Below, piece after piece: positions 19,272 through 28,654 of a stretch of 64,000 nucleotides of DNA (positions within the stretch are counted from its first letter, which is position 1; the number at the start of each line of letters is the position of its first letter). Under the pieces are notes generated by a model that was given only the letters and a program-made list of their open reading frames with translations, was not told the origin of the DNA and did no database searches. The stretch covers positions 24,622 to 88,621 of the forward strand of contig DSBM01000119.1 of assembly GCA_011049425.1 (NCBI GenBank), read 5' to 3'. The position numbers were made by a program, and so were the translations under genes. This stretch comes from Candidatus Aminicenantes bacterium (lineage in GTDB: Bacteria > Acidobacteriota > Aminicenantia > UBA2199).

Positions 19272-22200
19272 ATGAACAAGCGCAATTTTGCAATCTTGGT
19301 GGCAATCCTGGTTCTGACCATGGCCGCGCCGCGCCTGGGCGGGGACGACAAGGAACTCTTCATGGGCTTCACTTCGGGCCTGGTCAAACCCAACGTGGTA
19401 ATCCTGGCCGATACCTCGGGTTCCATGAACACCCTGATCCAATACCCCAAGAACGGCCTGGACAACATCCCCGGCACCGCCGATGACGGCTTCGACCCGC
19501 GCGTCACTTATCCGGGAACCCTAGATAGAGTTCGTTACTACTATAATTATGGTTGCCGTTCGACCGAGGAATTCAATGACAGGGGCAGTTACTGGACCGC
19601 GACCAATCAGTCCACGCAGTGGTACGGGCGCTGGCGCCACAACGGCAATGCGTACCTGTATCATAACGACAGCAATTATGCAAGTAACTGCAGCGGATCC
19701 CGGTACATCAACAACGTGGGCACCTGGACCGGGTGTTACGCCAATGACGGCACCCCCAACAACTTCCAGGTGGGAACCGCCGCGGTGAATTTCAATGTGG
19801 GTGAACGCATCATGTACGCCGACACCACATCGCCCTACAACTACGCCGTAGCCACACTGGCGCGCAAGTACGAAAAAGACGGCAACCACTGGTTCGAACT
19901 CTCCGACATCGTGGGCGGTCCCATAGTGGCGGGCGAAGGCCACTTCCAGAGGGCACCCGGCCAGACTCCAGTGGTGGTGCGCCTCTACAGCGAATACGAT
20001 GACCCCAAGGGAACCAACGTCACCACAAGCCCCACGCGCCTGGACAAGGAGTACCTGAAATGGGTGTTTATCCATGCCGATGCGGCACAGATTGCCGCTG
20101 TCTCGCACCACTCCATGTACGGCACCTTTGACGTGAGCGACACCTCGCTGCTGGGCGCCTGGTCGATCTGCGACAAAGACAACTACAAAAAGCCCATGAA
20201 GCGCTTTACCCGCATCCAGGTCACGCGCGAGGTACTCTGCCACGTGGCGCGCAATTCCAACACCCAGGTGATGCTGGGGTTGTTCACCTTTGACGATAAT
20301 AAGGGCGTTTTTGACTATGCCAATGGCGGTTACCGCATGGACGGGCTGGGGGACCGCAGCGACGAAGTCTCCCTGATCGCCTACCTGAACAACATCTGGG
20401 GAATTCAGGGCAACTCCAACACCCCCCTGGCCGAGGCCCTGGCGGATATCTGGTACTACATTAAGCCCGGGCCCGCTTCCAAGACCTACTGGCCCGTGGA
20501 TTACGAACTGGAAAACGGCATTATCAACGTCAGCAACGCGGTTTCCGACATCGATTGGTGGTGCCAGAACAACTACGTGGTGATCATGACCGACGGCGAA
20601 TCTTCCCAGGATTACTTCAACAACCCCAAGTTCAACGGTTCGATTTTCAAAACAAAGCCCGTGAAACGCAGCGCCAACTGGGAGTCCTGGGACGACGGTT
20701 GGGGCGATTTGGACTCCAACGAGGCCGATACCACCGATTATGATGGTATTCCCCTGAATTACAATCCCGATACCGCCACCTATTGCCCCAACTGGACCTG
20801 CTGGCTGGGCGGCAGCGGCGGTACCGATTACCTTGACGACGTGGCTTATTTCATTCGCAACCAGGACATGTTTCCCGATGACTGGTTCGGCGACGACCCG
20901 GTCACGGGCTGGCCCGGTGACCAGGGCATATTTACCTACGTGATCGGTTTCAACGCCGACAACGACATGCTGCGGGAAACCGCCGTCAACGGCGACGGCG
21001 CCTACTACACCGCCAACAACTACGACGAACTGGTGGCCGCGTTCGAGAGCGTGATCACCTCCATCCTGCTGCGCAACTTCGCCTTTTCGGCCATTACCGC
21101 GCCCAAGAAAACCGCCTCCATCGCCGCCGACGGCGTCTCCTACGTGGGCTACTTCATGCCCTCGGCGGCCGCCCCCATCTGGGAAGGCCATTTGCTGGCC
21201 AACCGTTTGATCGAGCGCTGGGGTTTTGACGCCGACGAAGACGGCCAGTTCGCTTCCGATGAACTGTACGCGACCGAGACGGCCTGCCAGAACGCCAACC
21301 CCGGAGAAACCTGCTCGCGCGTGCTCAACCTCTCCAATACCGAAGACTGGGACGCGGCCCAGGTATTGCAGAACCGTTCCACCGACCGGGCCCTGTTTAC
21401 CCACAGCGGCACCAGCAACGTGGCGTTCACCCAGGCCAACACGGCCGCGCTGGCGCCGTTGATCGGCTGCACCCAGGAAGAGGCCGGAACCATCGTGAAC
21501 AAGATCAACGGCAAGCAGTTCGGCGACATCTTCCACTCCGACATCGGCTTCGTGGGACCGCCGCTTTTGGGCAAGGTCTACCTGCAGAACCAGAACCCGG
21601 CTGAATGCAGCGGTGACCCCGCCGGCGACGCCGACTGCTACGGTTACTTTGCCGCCCAGAAAAGCACGCGCACGCCCGTGATCTACGTGGGCACCAACGA
21701 CGGCATCCTGCACATGATCGACGTGGATGACGGCAGCGAGCTCTGGGGCTTCATTCCCGATGAAGTCCTGCCCACGCTCAAAACCATTGCCCTGGACAAC
21801 CAGCACGACTACACCGTGGACGGGCGCATGCTGGCCGAGGACATCTATTTCCGCGACGGCAACACCCAGGCCTGGAAAACCATGCTTTACTACGGTTTGC
21901 GCCGCGGCGGCGACGTGTTTTACGCCATGGATGTCACCAACGTGGACAGCCAGCCCGCTTTTGCCTGGAAGTTCAAGGACGCCGACTACAGCGGTCAGAG
22001 CTGGGCCAAGCCCGTGACGGGCCAGCTTCGCTACATGGACGGTGAAAACCTGGTGCAGCGCTGGGTGACCGTGCTGGCCGGCGGATTCGCGCCCAATGCG
22101 GAGGTATCCGCCGACAGCCGCGGCAAAGCGGTGTTCGTGGTTGACGCCTCCACCGGCGAACTCCTGTGGATGGCGGGCTACAACGCCAGTGACGGCGCCG

Positions 22201-23282
22201 AAGACGAGGAAACCACGGAGCACCTGGAGCTGGGCTCAACAGATGATGTCCGCTACCTGACGAAGTCCCCCCTGTTCAACTTCGCCATCCCTTCGGCCCT
22301 GACCGCGGTGGACATCAACAACGACGGTTTGCTGGATACGATCTATGCCGGAAACGTGGGTGGCCACCTGTTCCGCATCGACATCTCCAGCCCCGATCGC
22401 GCCAACTGGCGGGTTTACCCGGTTTACGAACACAACATCACCGACCTGGCATCCGGGGTGATTGCGGAGATTACCGAGGGCAATGTCCTTAAAGTCGGCA
22501 AGGATGCGAGCAGTTTTGTGGCCGGCTACAGCGTGGTAGGCCAGACCTCGGGCGCCCACGGTTTTGTCACCGCCGTGGACGGGGCCAAGAAAACCATTAC
22601 CGTCGAGATCCACTCCGGTACCTTTGTGACCGGAGAAACGGTCAAGACCCGCGATTACGCCCCCATCCACCTGCAGCCCGCCGTGGCCTACGACCAGTGC
22701 CAGCGCCTGTGGGTCACTTTCGGCACCGGCGACCGCGACCGCCCGCGCACCAATCCCACCGGCGGCCGCTACATCGCCATCCAGGGAAGGAATACCGCCG
22801 GTGTGGCCCTGGGCGACCTGCAGCAGTTGACGTTGTCCGGTACGGACAGCACCGAACTGGCGGAAACCACCCTGGACCTGGCCGCCAACCAGGGCTGGTA
22901 CCTCAACTTCCCCGGAGCAAAAGACAAATTGTTTGATCCCGAACCCCTGATCATACCCGATCTCAATGGGGTACCCCATATCTATTTCAACACCTATACC
23001 CCCCCGGGCGAGGAAGTGAAACAGACGGTGGACAACCCCTGCGTGGCTCCCCAGGAAGGCGCCATGATGCTCTACGACATCGCGCTGTTCTGCGGCCCGG
23101 ACGTGGTGGAAGGCGGCCGCGAAGAGGGCCGCATCGCCGGAGGCGGCATCTACCAGGGCAAGGAGTTCGTGCAATACCTGGGCACCGGCGCCGTGGGCTC
23201 CGTGCCGCCCCTGGATCGCGTGGAAGACAAGCGTTTGCCGTACCCGGGCGGCGTGATATTCATCAAGGAGCGCAAGCGATGA
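19272..23282 (+). CDS. PilY1-like pilus tip adhesin with an N-terminal von Willebrand A domain (1336 aa)
   Basis: Signal peptide. MIDAS VVILADTSGSMN (DTSGS at 19410-19424). PilY1-type propeller strand VIYVGTNDGILHMIDVDDGSELWGFIPDEVLP. Ca-loop-like DINNDGLLD (22311-22337). Confidence 0.85.
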   Translation: MNKRNFAILVAILVLTMAAPRLGGDDKELFMGFTSGLVKPNVVILADTSGSMNTLIQYPKNGLDNIPGTADDGFDPRVTYPGTLDRVRYYYNYGCRSTEEFNDRGSYWTATNQSTQWYGRWRHNGNAYLYHNDSNYASNCSGSRYINNVGTWTGCYANDGTPNNFQVGTAAVNFNVGERIMYADTTSPYNYAVATLARKYEKDGNHWFELSDIVGGPIVAGEGHFQRAPGQTPVVVRLYSEYDDPKGTNVTTSPTRLDKEYLKWVFIHADAAQIAAVSHHSMYGTFDVSDTSLLGAWSICDKDNYKKPMKRFTRIQVTREVLCHVARNSNTQVMLGLFTFDDNKGVFDYANGGYRMDGLGDRSDEVSLIAYLNNIWGIQGNSNTPLAEALADIWYYIKPGPASKTYWPVDYELENGIINVSNAVSDIDWWCQNNYVVIMTDGESSQDYFNNPKFNGSIFKTKPVKRSANWESWDDGWGDLDSNEADTTDYDGIPLNYNPDTATYCPNWTCWLGGSGGTDYLDDVAYFIRNQDMFPDDWFGDDPVTGWPGDQGIFTYVIGFNADNDMLRETAVNGDGAYYTANNYDELVAAFESVITSILLRNFAFSAITAPKKTASIAADGVSYVGYFMPSAAAPIWEGHLLANRLIERWGFDADEDGQFASDELYATETACQNANPGETCSRVLNLSNTEDWDAAQVLQNRSTDRALFTHSGTSNVAFTQANTAALAPLIGCTQEEAGTIVNKINGKQFGDIFHSDIGFVGPPLLGKVYLQNQNPAECSGDPAGDADCYGYFAAQKSTRTPVIYVGTNDGILHMIDVDDGSELWGFIPDEVLPTLKTIALDNQHDYTVDGRMLAEDIYFRDGNTQAWKTMLYYGLRRGGDVFYAMDVTNVDSQPAFAWKFKDADYSGQSWAKPVTGQLRYMDGENLVQRWVTVLAGGFAPNAEVSADSRGKAVFVVDASTGELLWMAGYNASDGAEDEETTEHLELGSTDDVRYLTKSPLFNFAIPSALTAVDINNDGLLDTIYAGNVGGHLFRIDISSPDRANWRVYPVYEHNITDLASGVIAEITEGNVLKVGKDASSFVAGYSVVGQTSGAHGFVTAVDGAKKTITVEIHSGTFVTGETVKTRDYAPIHLQPAVAYDQCQRLWVTFGTGDRDRPRTNPTGGRYIAIQGRNTAGVALGDLQQLTLSGTDSTELAETTLDLAANQGWYLNFPGAKDKLFDPEPLIIPDLNGVPHIYFNTYTPPGEEVKQTVDNPCVAPQEGAMMLYDIALFCGPDVVEGGREEGRIAGGGIYQGKEFVQYLGTGAVGSVPPLDRVEDKRLPYPGGVIFIKERKR

Positions 23283-24079
23283 AAGCGCGGCCCCTGGCCG
23301 CGGTATATCTGTTGTTGTTGCTGTTCGTTCCCGCCGCCTGCGGCGGGGGCGGGGACAATACACCCGTGCCCTCCAGTGCTGATTCATCCCCAGAGGAAGT
23401 GTCCGCCCCGGACCCGGCCGGAAACGAAACCGCTGAGGCCGCATCCGCTGCCGATTTCGCCGAAGCCTCCGAAGTGGACGCAACGGATCCCGCCGACGCG
23501 CGTCTGGCCGAGGTGCGTTTGCTGCCCGAGCGCCTGTACAGGGATTCCATACCGGAAGTCAAAGCCGGGATTCGTCCCCGCGAGGCTCCGGGAACCTCAT
23601 TGAAGGTTGTTTTCTGGATCAACGGCCGCAAGGCGCAGGAGTCCCCGAGTACCACCTTGTCAAAAGAAAAAATTCACAAGGGGGACGGGGTATTTGCCGA
23701 CGTCATCCTTATGGCCGGCGACAGGGAGTTGGACCGGCGGCGCACGGACCTCGTGCTGGTGGAAAACTCCAACCCCGAAATCGAATCCGTGGAGTTTCCC
23801 GAAATCCGCGGGCCGGGAGATTACGTGATCACCATCAAGGCAAGCGATCCCGACGGGGAAGAGTTGACCTATGAAATAGAGGGCGTCGACCTGCCCGCCT
23901 GGCTGCGCGCCGAACGCGACGGCCGCATCCTGCTCAGTCCCGGCGAAGACCCCCCCGAGGTGCTGGGATTCGAAGTGGTGGTGCGCGACAATGACGGCGG
24001 CGAGGCCAGGCGCGCCGTGACCCTGAAATTTCAAGCGCCGGATCAGAGCCAGGGCGAAGCCGCCGCGGAGGAAACCTGA
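23279..24079 (+). CDS. lipoprotein with a cadherin-like/Ig-like domain (paralog 1)
   Basis: Lipobox LLFVPAAC. Acidic low-complexity linker. SDPDGEELTYEIEGVDLPAWL...VVVRDNDGGEA. The ATG overlaps the PilY1 stop (ATGA). Confidence 0.7.
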   Translation: MKARPLAAVYLLLLLFVPAACGGGGDNTPVPSSADSSPEEVSAPDPAGNETAEAASAADFAEASEVDATDPADARLAEVRLLPERLYRDSIPEVKAGIRPREAPGTSLKVVFWINGRKAQESPSTTLSKEKIHKGDGVFADVILMAGDRELDRRRTDLVLVENSNPEIESVEFPEIRGPGDYVITIKASDPDGEELTYEIEGVDLPAWLRAERDGRILLSPGEDPPEVLGFEVVVRDNDGGEARRAVTLKFQAPDQSQGEAAAEET

Positions 24080-24843
24080 TGCGCGGGCTCCTGGTTTTGT
24101 TGACGGTCTGTGTGTGTGTCAGCGCCTGCGGCGGCGACCACAAAGACAAAGTTGTGAAGCCGGATAAAGACACCCCGCCGGCCAAACTGGAGGCGGTGGT
24201 GATCGAACCCGTCGCGCCCACAGTCGAAACCGGCGTGCGCGCGTTGCCGCGATTCCGGGACGATCCGCGCCGGACGGTTCCCCTGGCTTACGAATGGTAC
24301 GTCAACGGAGACAGGGTCGCGGGGGTTGGAAAATCGCTGTTGCCCCGGGAGCGGTACCGGCGCGGGGACCGCATCCGCTGCCGGGTGCGTCCGGATGCCG
24401 GCGGTCGCTGGATCAAGAGTGAAACCGTGCAAGTGGCCAACGCGCCGCCGCGATTCCGCTCCAAGCCGGTGGCTGCCTTTGATGTGCCCGGCGAGTTTTT
24501 CCACCAGGTGTTTGCCGCGGATCCCGACAACGACTCTGTCACCTATCGCTTGATTTCGCCCCTGGGCCGGGGCATCGAACTGGATCCGGATACCGGCGTG
24601 ATCCGCTGGCGCATCGACAATGTTCCCGAAGCGCCTCCTCCTCCGGCTGTTCAGCCGTCCGGGGAAGAGGGTATGGCCGTTCCCGTTCCCTTGCCGGACC
24701 CGCCGCATCCGCCTCTGGAAGAAGAACAGGATTTCCATATCGTACGCCTGGTGATCGAAGCCGACGACAATCACGGCGGTACCAGCCACCATGAGATCTT
24801 GCTCGATCTGCGCCGGGGAGCTGAGCAGGTCCAGGTTCACTGA
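24079..24843 (+). CDS. lipoprotein with a cadherin-like/Ig-like domain (paralog 2)
   Basis: Lipobox CVCVSAC. ADPDNDSVTYRLISPLGRGIELDPDTGVIRW...IEADDNHGG. Start overlaps the upstream stop (TGATG). Confidence 0.7.
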   Translation: MRGLLVLLTVCVCVSACGGDHKDKVVKPDKDTPPAKLEAVVIEPVAPTVETGVRALPRFRDDPRRTVPLAYEWYVNGDRVAGVGKSLLPRERYRRGDRIRCRVRPDAGGRWIKSETVQVANAPPRFRSKPVAAFDVPGEFFHQVFAADPDNDSVTYRLISPLGRGIELDPDTGVIRWRIDNVPEAPPPPAVQPSGEEGMAVPVPLPDPPHPPLEEEQDFHIVRLVIEADDNHGGTSHHEILLDLRRGAEQVQVH

Positions 24844-24849
24844 ACGCCA

Positions 24850-24878
24850 TTGCGCGGCGGAAGCCCCCGGAGTATAAT
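24850..24878 (+). promoter_or_regulatory. sigma70-like promoter, possibly giving a leaderless ftsY mRNA
   Basis: TTGCGC (24850-24855), 17-nt spacer, TATAAT (24873-24878). The ftsY ATG starts at 24885, with no Shine-Dalgarno in between. Confidence 0.45.
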
Positions 24879-24884
24879 CGGGGC

Positions 24885-25766
24885 ATGAAACTGCGCCGCC
24901 TGTTTACCGCCCCCTTGTCGGAAGCGTTGCGAGGGGTGATCCACTCCAGCCGTGACCGCGAATCCACCCTGGAAGAACTGGAAGAAACCCTGATCCTGGC
25001 CGATGTATCCGCGCCCCTGACCGAAACCCTGCTGCGGGCGGCGGAGAAGCGCACGGGTTACCCGTTTGACGCCGACGAGTTTATCCGCGCCTTGCGGCGG
25101 GAGCTGACCGGCCTGCTGGACACGAAAGCGCCGGCGCTGGGACTGCCCCCGGGCAAACAGGTGATCCTTTTGGTGGGGGTGAACGGCTGCGGCAAAACCA
25201 CCACCGCGGCCAAGATCGGCCTGTTCTGGCGCGCCCGGGGACGCAAGGTGCTGTTGGCGGCGGCGGATACGTTTCGCGCCGCGGGAAGCTCACAACTGTC
25301 GCTGTGGGGGGAACGGCTGAATATGCCGGTTGTCGGCGGCGAGCGCGGGGCGGATCCCGGCTCCGTTGTGCACAACAGCCTCACCTCCCTGGTCAATCGT
25401 GATTTTGACCTGCTGGTGGTGGATACCGCCGGCCGGGTGCAGACGCGCACCGGCCTGATGCAGGAACTGGGGAAACTCACCCGCATCGTGCGCGGATTTC
25501 TGCCGCATCAACCCCGTCACGTCTGGCTGGTGGTGGACGCCACCATGGGCCAGAACACCCTGGACCAGGCGCGGCGTTTCCGTGAGTTCTCCGGTATCAC
25601 CGGCATCGTGCTCACCAAGTTGGACGGGACGGCCCGCGGCGGCGCGGTACTCAACATCCTCAACGAAATAAAACTGCCCGTGGTGTTTGCGGGCACCGGA
25701 GAAAAGGCCGAAGACCTCGAACCCTTTTCCGTCAACGATTTCATCGACTCGCTTTTGCCCCTGTAA
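24885..25766 (+). CDS. ftsY: signal recognition particle receptor FtsY (short form, NG domain only)
   Basis: LVGVNGCGKTTTAAKIG, VVDTAGR, LTKLDGTARGG. Confidence 0.93.
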   Translation: MKLRRLFTAPLSEALRGVIHSSRDRESTLEELEETLILADVSAPLTETLLRAAEKRTGYPFDADEFIRALRRELTGLLDTKAPALGLPPGKQVILLVGVNGCGKTTTAAKIGLFWRARGRKVLLAAADTFRAAGSSQLSLWGERLNMPVVGGERGADPGSVVHNSLTSLVNRDFDLLVVDTAGRVQTRTGLMQELGKLTRIVRGFLPHQPRHVWLVVDATMGQNTLDQARRFREFSGITGIVLTKLDGTARGGAVLNILNEIKLPVVFAGTGEKAEDLEPFSVNDFIDSLLPL

Positions 25767-25768
25767 CC

Positions 25769-26845
25769 ATGAAGTGGAAAAGCAATGACATTGCCTGGAT
25801 GCAGCAGGCCCTGTGGCTGGCGCGTTGCGGCCGCGGCTTTACCGAACCCAATCCCATGGTGGGAGCCGTTTGGGTGCGCAATGGAAAACTCCTGGCTTCC
25901 GGCTTTCATCACCGCGTGGGCACGGCCCACGCCGAGCGCGTGGCCCTGGAAAAAGTAAACAGCCGTGGCGGAACCCTGTATGTCACCTTGGAGCCCTGCG
26001 TTCACTTCGGACGCACTCCGCCCTGCGTGGACCTGATCCTCGAAAAGGGGGTGGAACGGGTGGTGGCCTGCGCCCAGGATCCCGATCCCCGCGTGAACGG
26101 CCGCGGGTTCGCGCGGTTGCGTGAAGCGGGAGTAAAAGTCGATGTCGGTTGCCTGGAGGACGTACACGCCCGCATCAATCAGCGTTATTTGGCTTTTCAC
26201 CGCCGGGGCAGGCCCTGGGTCGTTCTCAAGGCCGGCCTTTCGCTGGACGGCCGTTTGACCGATGAGTCGGGTTGCTCTCAATGGGTGACACCGAAAGTCA
26301 TGCGGGACGCCGCCCACAGTTTGCGAGGGGAATTCTCCGCGGTCATGGTGGGGGCGGGAACCGCGCGCAAAGACAACCCCCGGCTGGACCTGCGCCAGGC
26401 GGACTGGCAGGGCAAGGGCCATTTGCGGGTGGTGCTGGACAGCCGCAACATCCTGCCGCCCGACTTGCACCTGTTTGGCGACCAGGAGCGTTTTCCAACC
26501 GTGGTTTTCAGTGCCGAAACCGCTGAAAACAAGCTGCCCCGGACTTCGTTGCAGCGGTTTGTTTCCGCGGCCTCCGGCGGCGTAAACCTGGACGAGGTGC
26601 TGCGTGAACTGGCCAAAATGGCGGTGGGTTCGCTGATGGTCGAGGGTGGCCCCATGCTGCTGAATGCGTTTCTTTGCCGGGGCTTGTGGGATGAAGTCAT
26701 CCTGTTCTGTGCCGCCGCTTTACTGGGGGGAACAAACGCGCCCGGCCTGTTGTCCCGGGCCATGCCGGTGGAGCGACCCCTGCGCTTCAAACGGCAACGG
26801 ATCTTTGAAATGCCCGGAGGGTTCATTTTTCGGGGGGTGGCCTGA
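25769..26845 (+). CDS. ribD: bifunctional riboflavin deaminase/reductase RibD
   Basis: Deaminase Zn motif HAERVAL...LEPCVHFGRTPPC; C-terminal reductase domain. Confidence 0.95.
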   Translation: MKWKSNDIAWMQQALWLARCGRGFTEPNPMVGAVWVRNGKLLASGFHHRVGTAHAERVALEKVNSRGGTLYVTLEPCVHFGRTPPCVDLILEKGVERVVACAQDPDPRVNGRGFARLREAGVKVDVGCLEDVHARINQRYLAFHRRGRPWVVLKAGLSLDGRLTDESGCSQWVTPKVMRDAAHSLRGEFSAVMVGAGTARKDNPRLDLRQADWQGKGHLRVVLDSRNILPPDLHLFGDQERFPTVVFSAETAENKLPRTSLQRFVSAASGGVNLDEVLRELAKMAVGSLMVEGGPMLLNAFLCRGLWDEVILFCAAALLGGTNAPGLLSRAMPVERPLRFKRQRIFEMPGGFIFRGVA

Positions 26846-27447
26846 TGTTTACCGGATTGGTGACGGCCGTCGGTCGCCTGGTTTCCCTGGACCGGGGCCG
26901 CGAACCCCGCCTGGTGGTTTCCTCGGACCTGGGTTCCCGGGTAGGGGTGGGGGATTCGGTGGCTGTGGACGGCGCCTGCCTCACCGTGGTATCCATGTCC
27001 AAAGGTCAACTGGCTTTCAACCTCTCGGGAGAAACCCTGGCGCGTTCCCGTTTCGCCGACCTGGCGGCCGGCCGGCGGCTCAACCTGGAACTGCCTTTGA
27101 AAATGGAGGATTTCCTCGGCGGGCAACTGGTGAGCGGGCACCTGGATGGCACGGCCCGGTTGCACTCGCGCCGTGCCGGGCGCGGCGCTGAACGTTTTAC
27201 TTTTGCGTACGGTGACAAGAACTGGCGTCCCCTGCTACTGGACAAGGGTTCGGTGGCCGTCAACGGGGTGAGCCTGACATTGGTGGATGTGGCGGGTTCT
27301 CGCTTTTCCGTGGAGGTCATCCCCCAGACCCTGCGCTCCACCAACCTGGACGACCTGCGTTCCGGAGAACGGGTGAACATGGAACTTGATTTGGTGGGTA
27401 AATACCTCTATAATTTCGTCTTGACCGGACATATTCATGGAAAATAA
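26845..27447 (+). CDS. ribE: riboflavin synthase (alpha chain)
   Basis: MFTGLV N-terminus, internal duplication (GDSVAVDGACLTV / GSVAVNGVSLTL). Confidence 0.93.
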   Translation: MFTGLVTAVGRLVSLDRGREPRLVVSSDLGSRVGVGDSVAVDGACLTVVSMSKGQLAFNLSGETLARSRFADLAAGRRLNLELPLKMEDFLGGQLVSGHLDGTARLHSRRAGRGAERFTFAYGDKNWRPLLLDKGSVAVNGVSLTLVDVAGSRFSVEVIPQTLRSTNLDDLRSGERVNMELDLVGKYLYNFVLTGHIHGK

Positions 27448-28654
27448 TCAACTTATCGACGTGTCCACGGCAGTGGATTACCTTTGCCGTGGCCGCATGA
27501 TCATCATCACCGACGACGAGAACCGCGAAAATGAAGGCGACCTCATGATCGCCGCGGAAAAAGTCACCCCCGAGGCCATCAACTTCATGGCCACCCACGC
27601 CCGTGGCCTGATCTGCGTCTCCGTGACGCCGCAACGGGCCGCGGAGCTCAAACTTCCGCTCATGGTGACGGAAAACACGTCCAACTTCGAGACCCCGTTC
27701 ACGGTTTCCGTGGATGCGCGCAAGGGCACCACCACGGGAATCTCCGCTCACGACCGGGCCGTCACGGTGCGCAGCCTGGTGGATCCCGAAACGCGGCCGG
27801 AAGACCTGGCGCGACCCGGCCATATCTTTCCCCTCCAGGCCCATGAAGGCGGCGTACTGGTGCGCGCCGGCCAGACCGAGGCTTCGCTGGACCTGGCGCG
27901 CATCGCCGGCCTGAAACCCGCGGGCGTGATCTGCGAGGTCATGAAAGCGGACGGAACCATGGCGCGCATGCCCGACCTCGAGGAGTTCTCACGCCGCCAC
28001 GAAATCCCCATTATCACCGTTGAAGAGATCATCAAATACCGGGTGCAAAAGGAATCCCTGGTGCGCGAAGTGGCCGAAGCCACTTTGCCCACGCGCTGGG
28101 GCTATTTTACCATCAAAGGCTTTGTGGACGCGATTCACAATGAGACCCACATCGCCCTGGTTCAGGGGGACGTGGCCGGGGATGAGCCCGTCTTGGTGCG
28201 GGTGCACTCCCAGTGCCTGACCGGCGATACGTTCGGTTCGCTGCGCTGTGATTGCGGCACCCAGCTCCAGCATGCCATGGAACGGATTACGGCGGAAAAA
28301 CGCGGCGTGCTGCTCTATCTGACCAATCAGGAGGGCCGGGGCATCGGCTTGTTGGAAAAGATCAAGGCCTATAAACTGCAGGAACAGGGGCTGGACACGG
28401 TGGAAGCCAACCTGGAGCTGGGGCACGCCCCGGATCTGCGTGATTACGGTATCGGCGCCCAGATCCTCTCTCACCTGGGGCTGCGCAAGTTGCGCCTGAT
28501 GACCAATAACCCGGCCAAGTACATTGCGCTGGCCGGTTACGGGCTGGAGATCGTGGAGCGAGTCCCGTTGGAGGAAGAGCCCAACAAGGTCAACCTGCAT
28601 TACATGAAGACCAAGAAAGATAAAATGGGCCATTTGCTGGAAAAACTGCAATGA
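27437..28654 (+). CDS. ribBA: bifunctional 3,4-dihydroxy-2-butanone-4-phosphate synthase / GTP cyclohydrolase II
   Basis: [11 protein letters not shown]; [20 protein letters not shown]; [11 protein letters not shown]. Confidence 0.95.
   Translation: MENNQLIDVSTAVDYLCRGRMIIITDDENRENEGDLMIAAEKVTPEAINFMATHARGLICVSVTPQRAAELKLPLMVTENTSNFETPFTVSVDARKGTTTGISAHDRAVTVRSLVDPETRPEDLARPGHIFPLQAHEGGVLVRAGQTEASLDLARIAGLKPAGVICEVMKADGTMARMPDLEEFSRRHEIPIITVEEIIKYRVQKESLVREVAEATLPTRWGYFTIKGFVDAIHNETHIALVQGDVAGDEPVLVRVHSQCLTGDTFGSLRCDCGTQLQHAMERITAEKRGVLLYLTNQEGRGIGLLEKIKAYKLQEQGLDTVEANLELGHAPDLRDYGIGAQILSHLGLRKLRLMTNNPAKYIALAGYGLEIVERVPLEEEPNKVNLHYMKTKKDKMGHLLEKLQ

Noticed and set aside
19521-22223. 900-aa ORF on the minus strand, entirely inside the PilY1 gene.
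   Set aside because: Its translation is low-complexity (rich in G, V, A, H, D), with no recognisable motifs and no RBS. The sense strand carries clear vWA and PilY1 motifs. Long antisense shadow ORFs are expected in GC-rich coding DNA.
25700-25800. Looked for an FMN (RFN) riboswitch ahead of ribD.
   Set aside because: ribD starts 2 nt after the ftsY stop. There is no non-coding space, and no RFN-like conserved stretches are visible in the ftsY 3' end.
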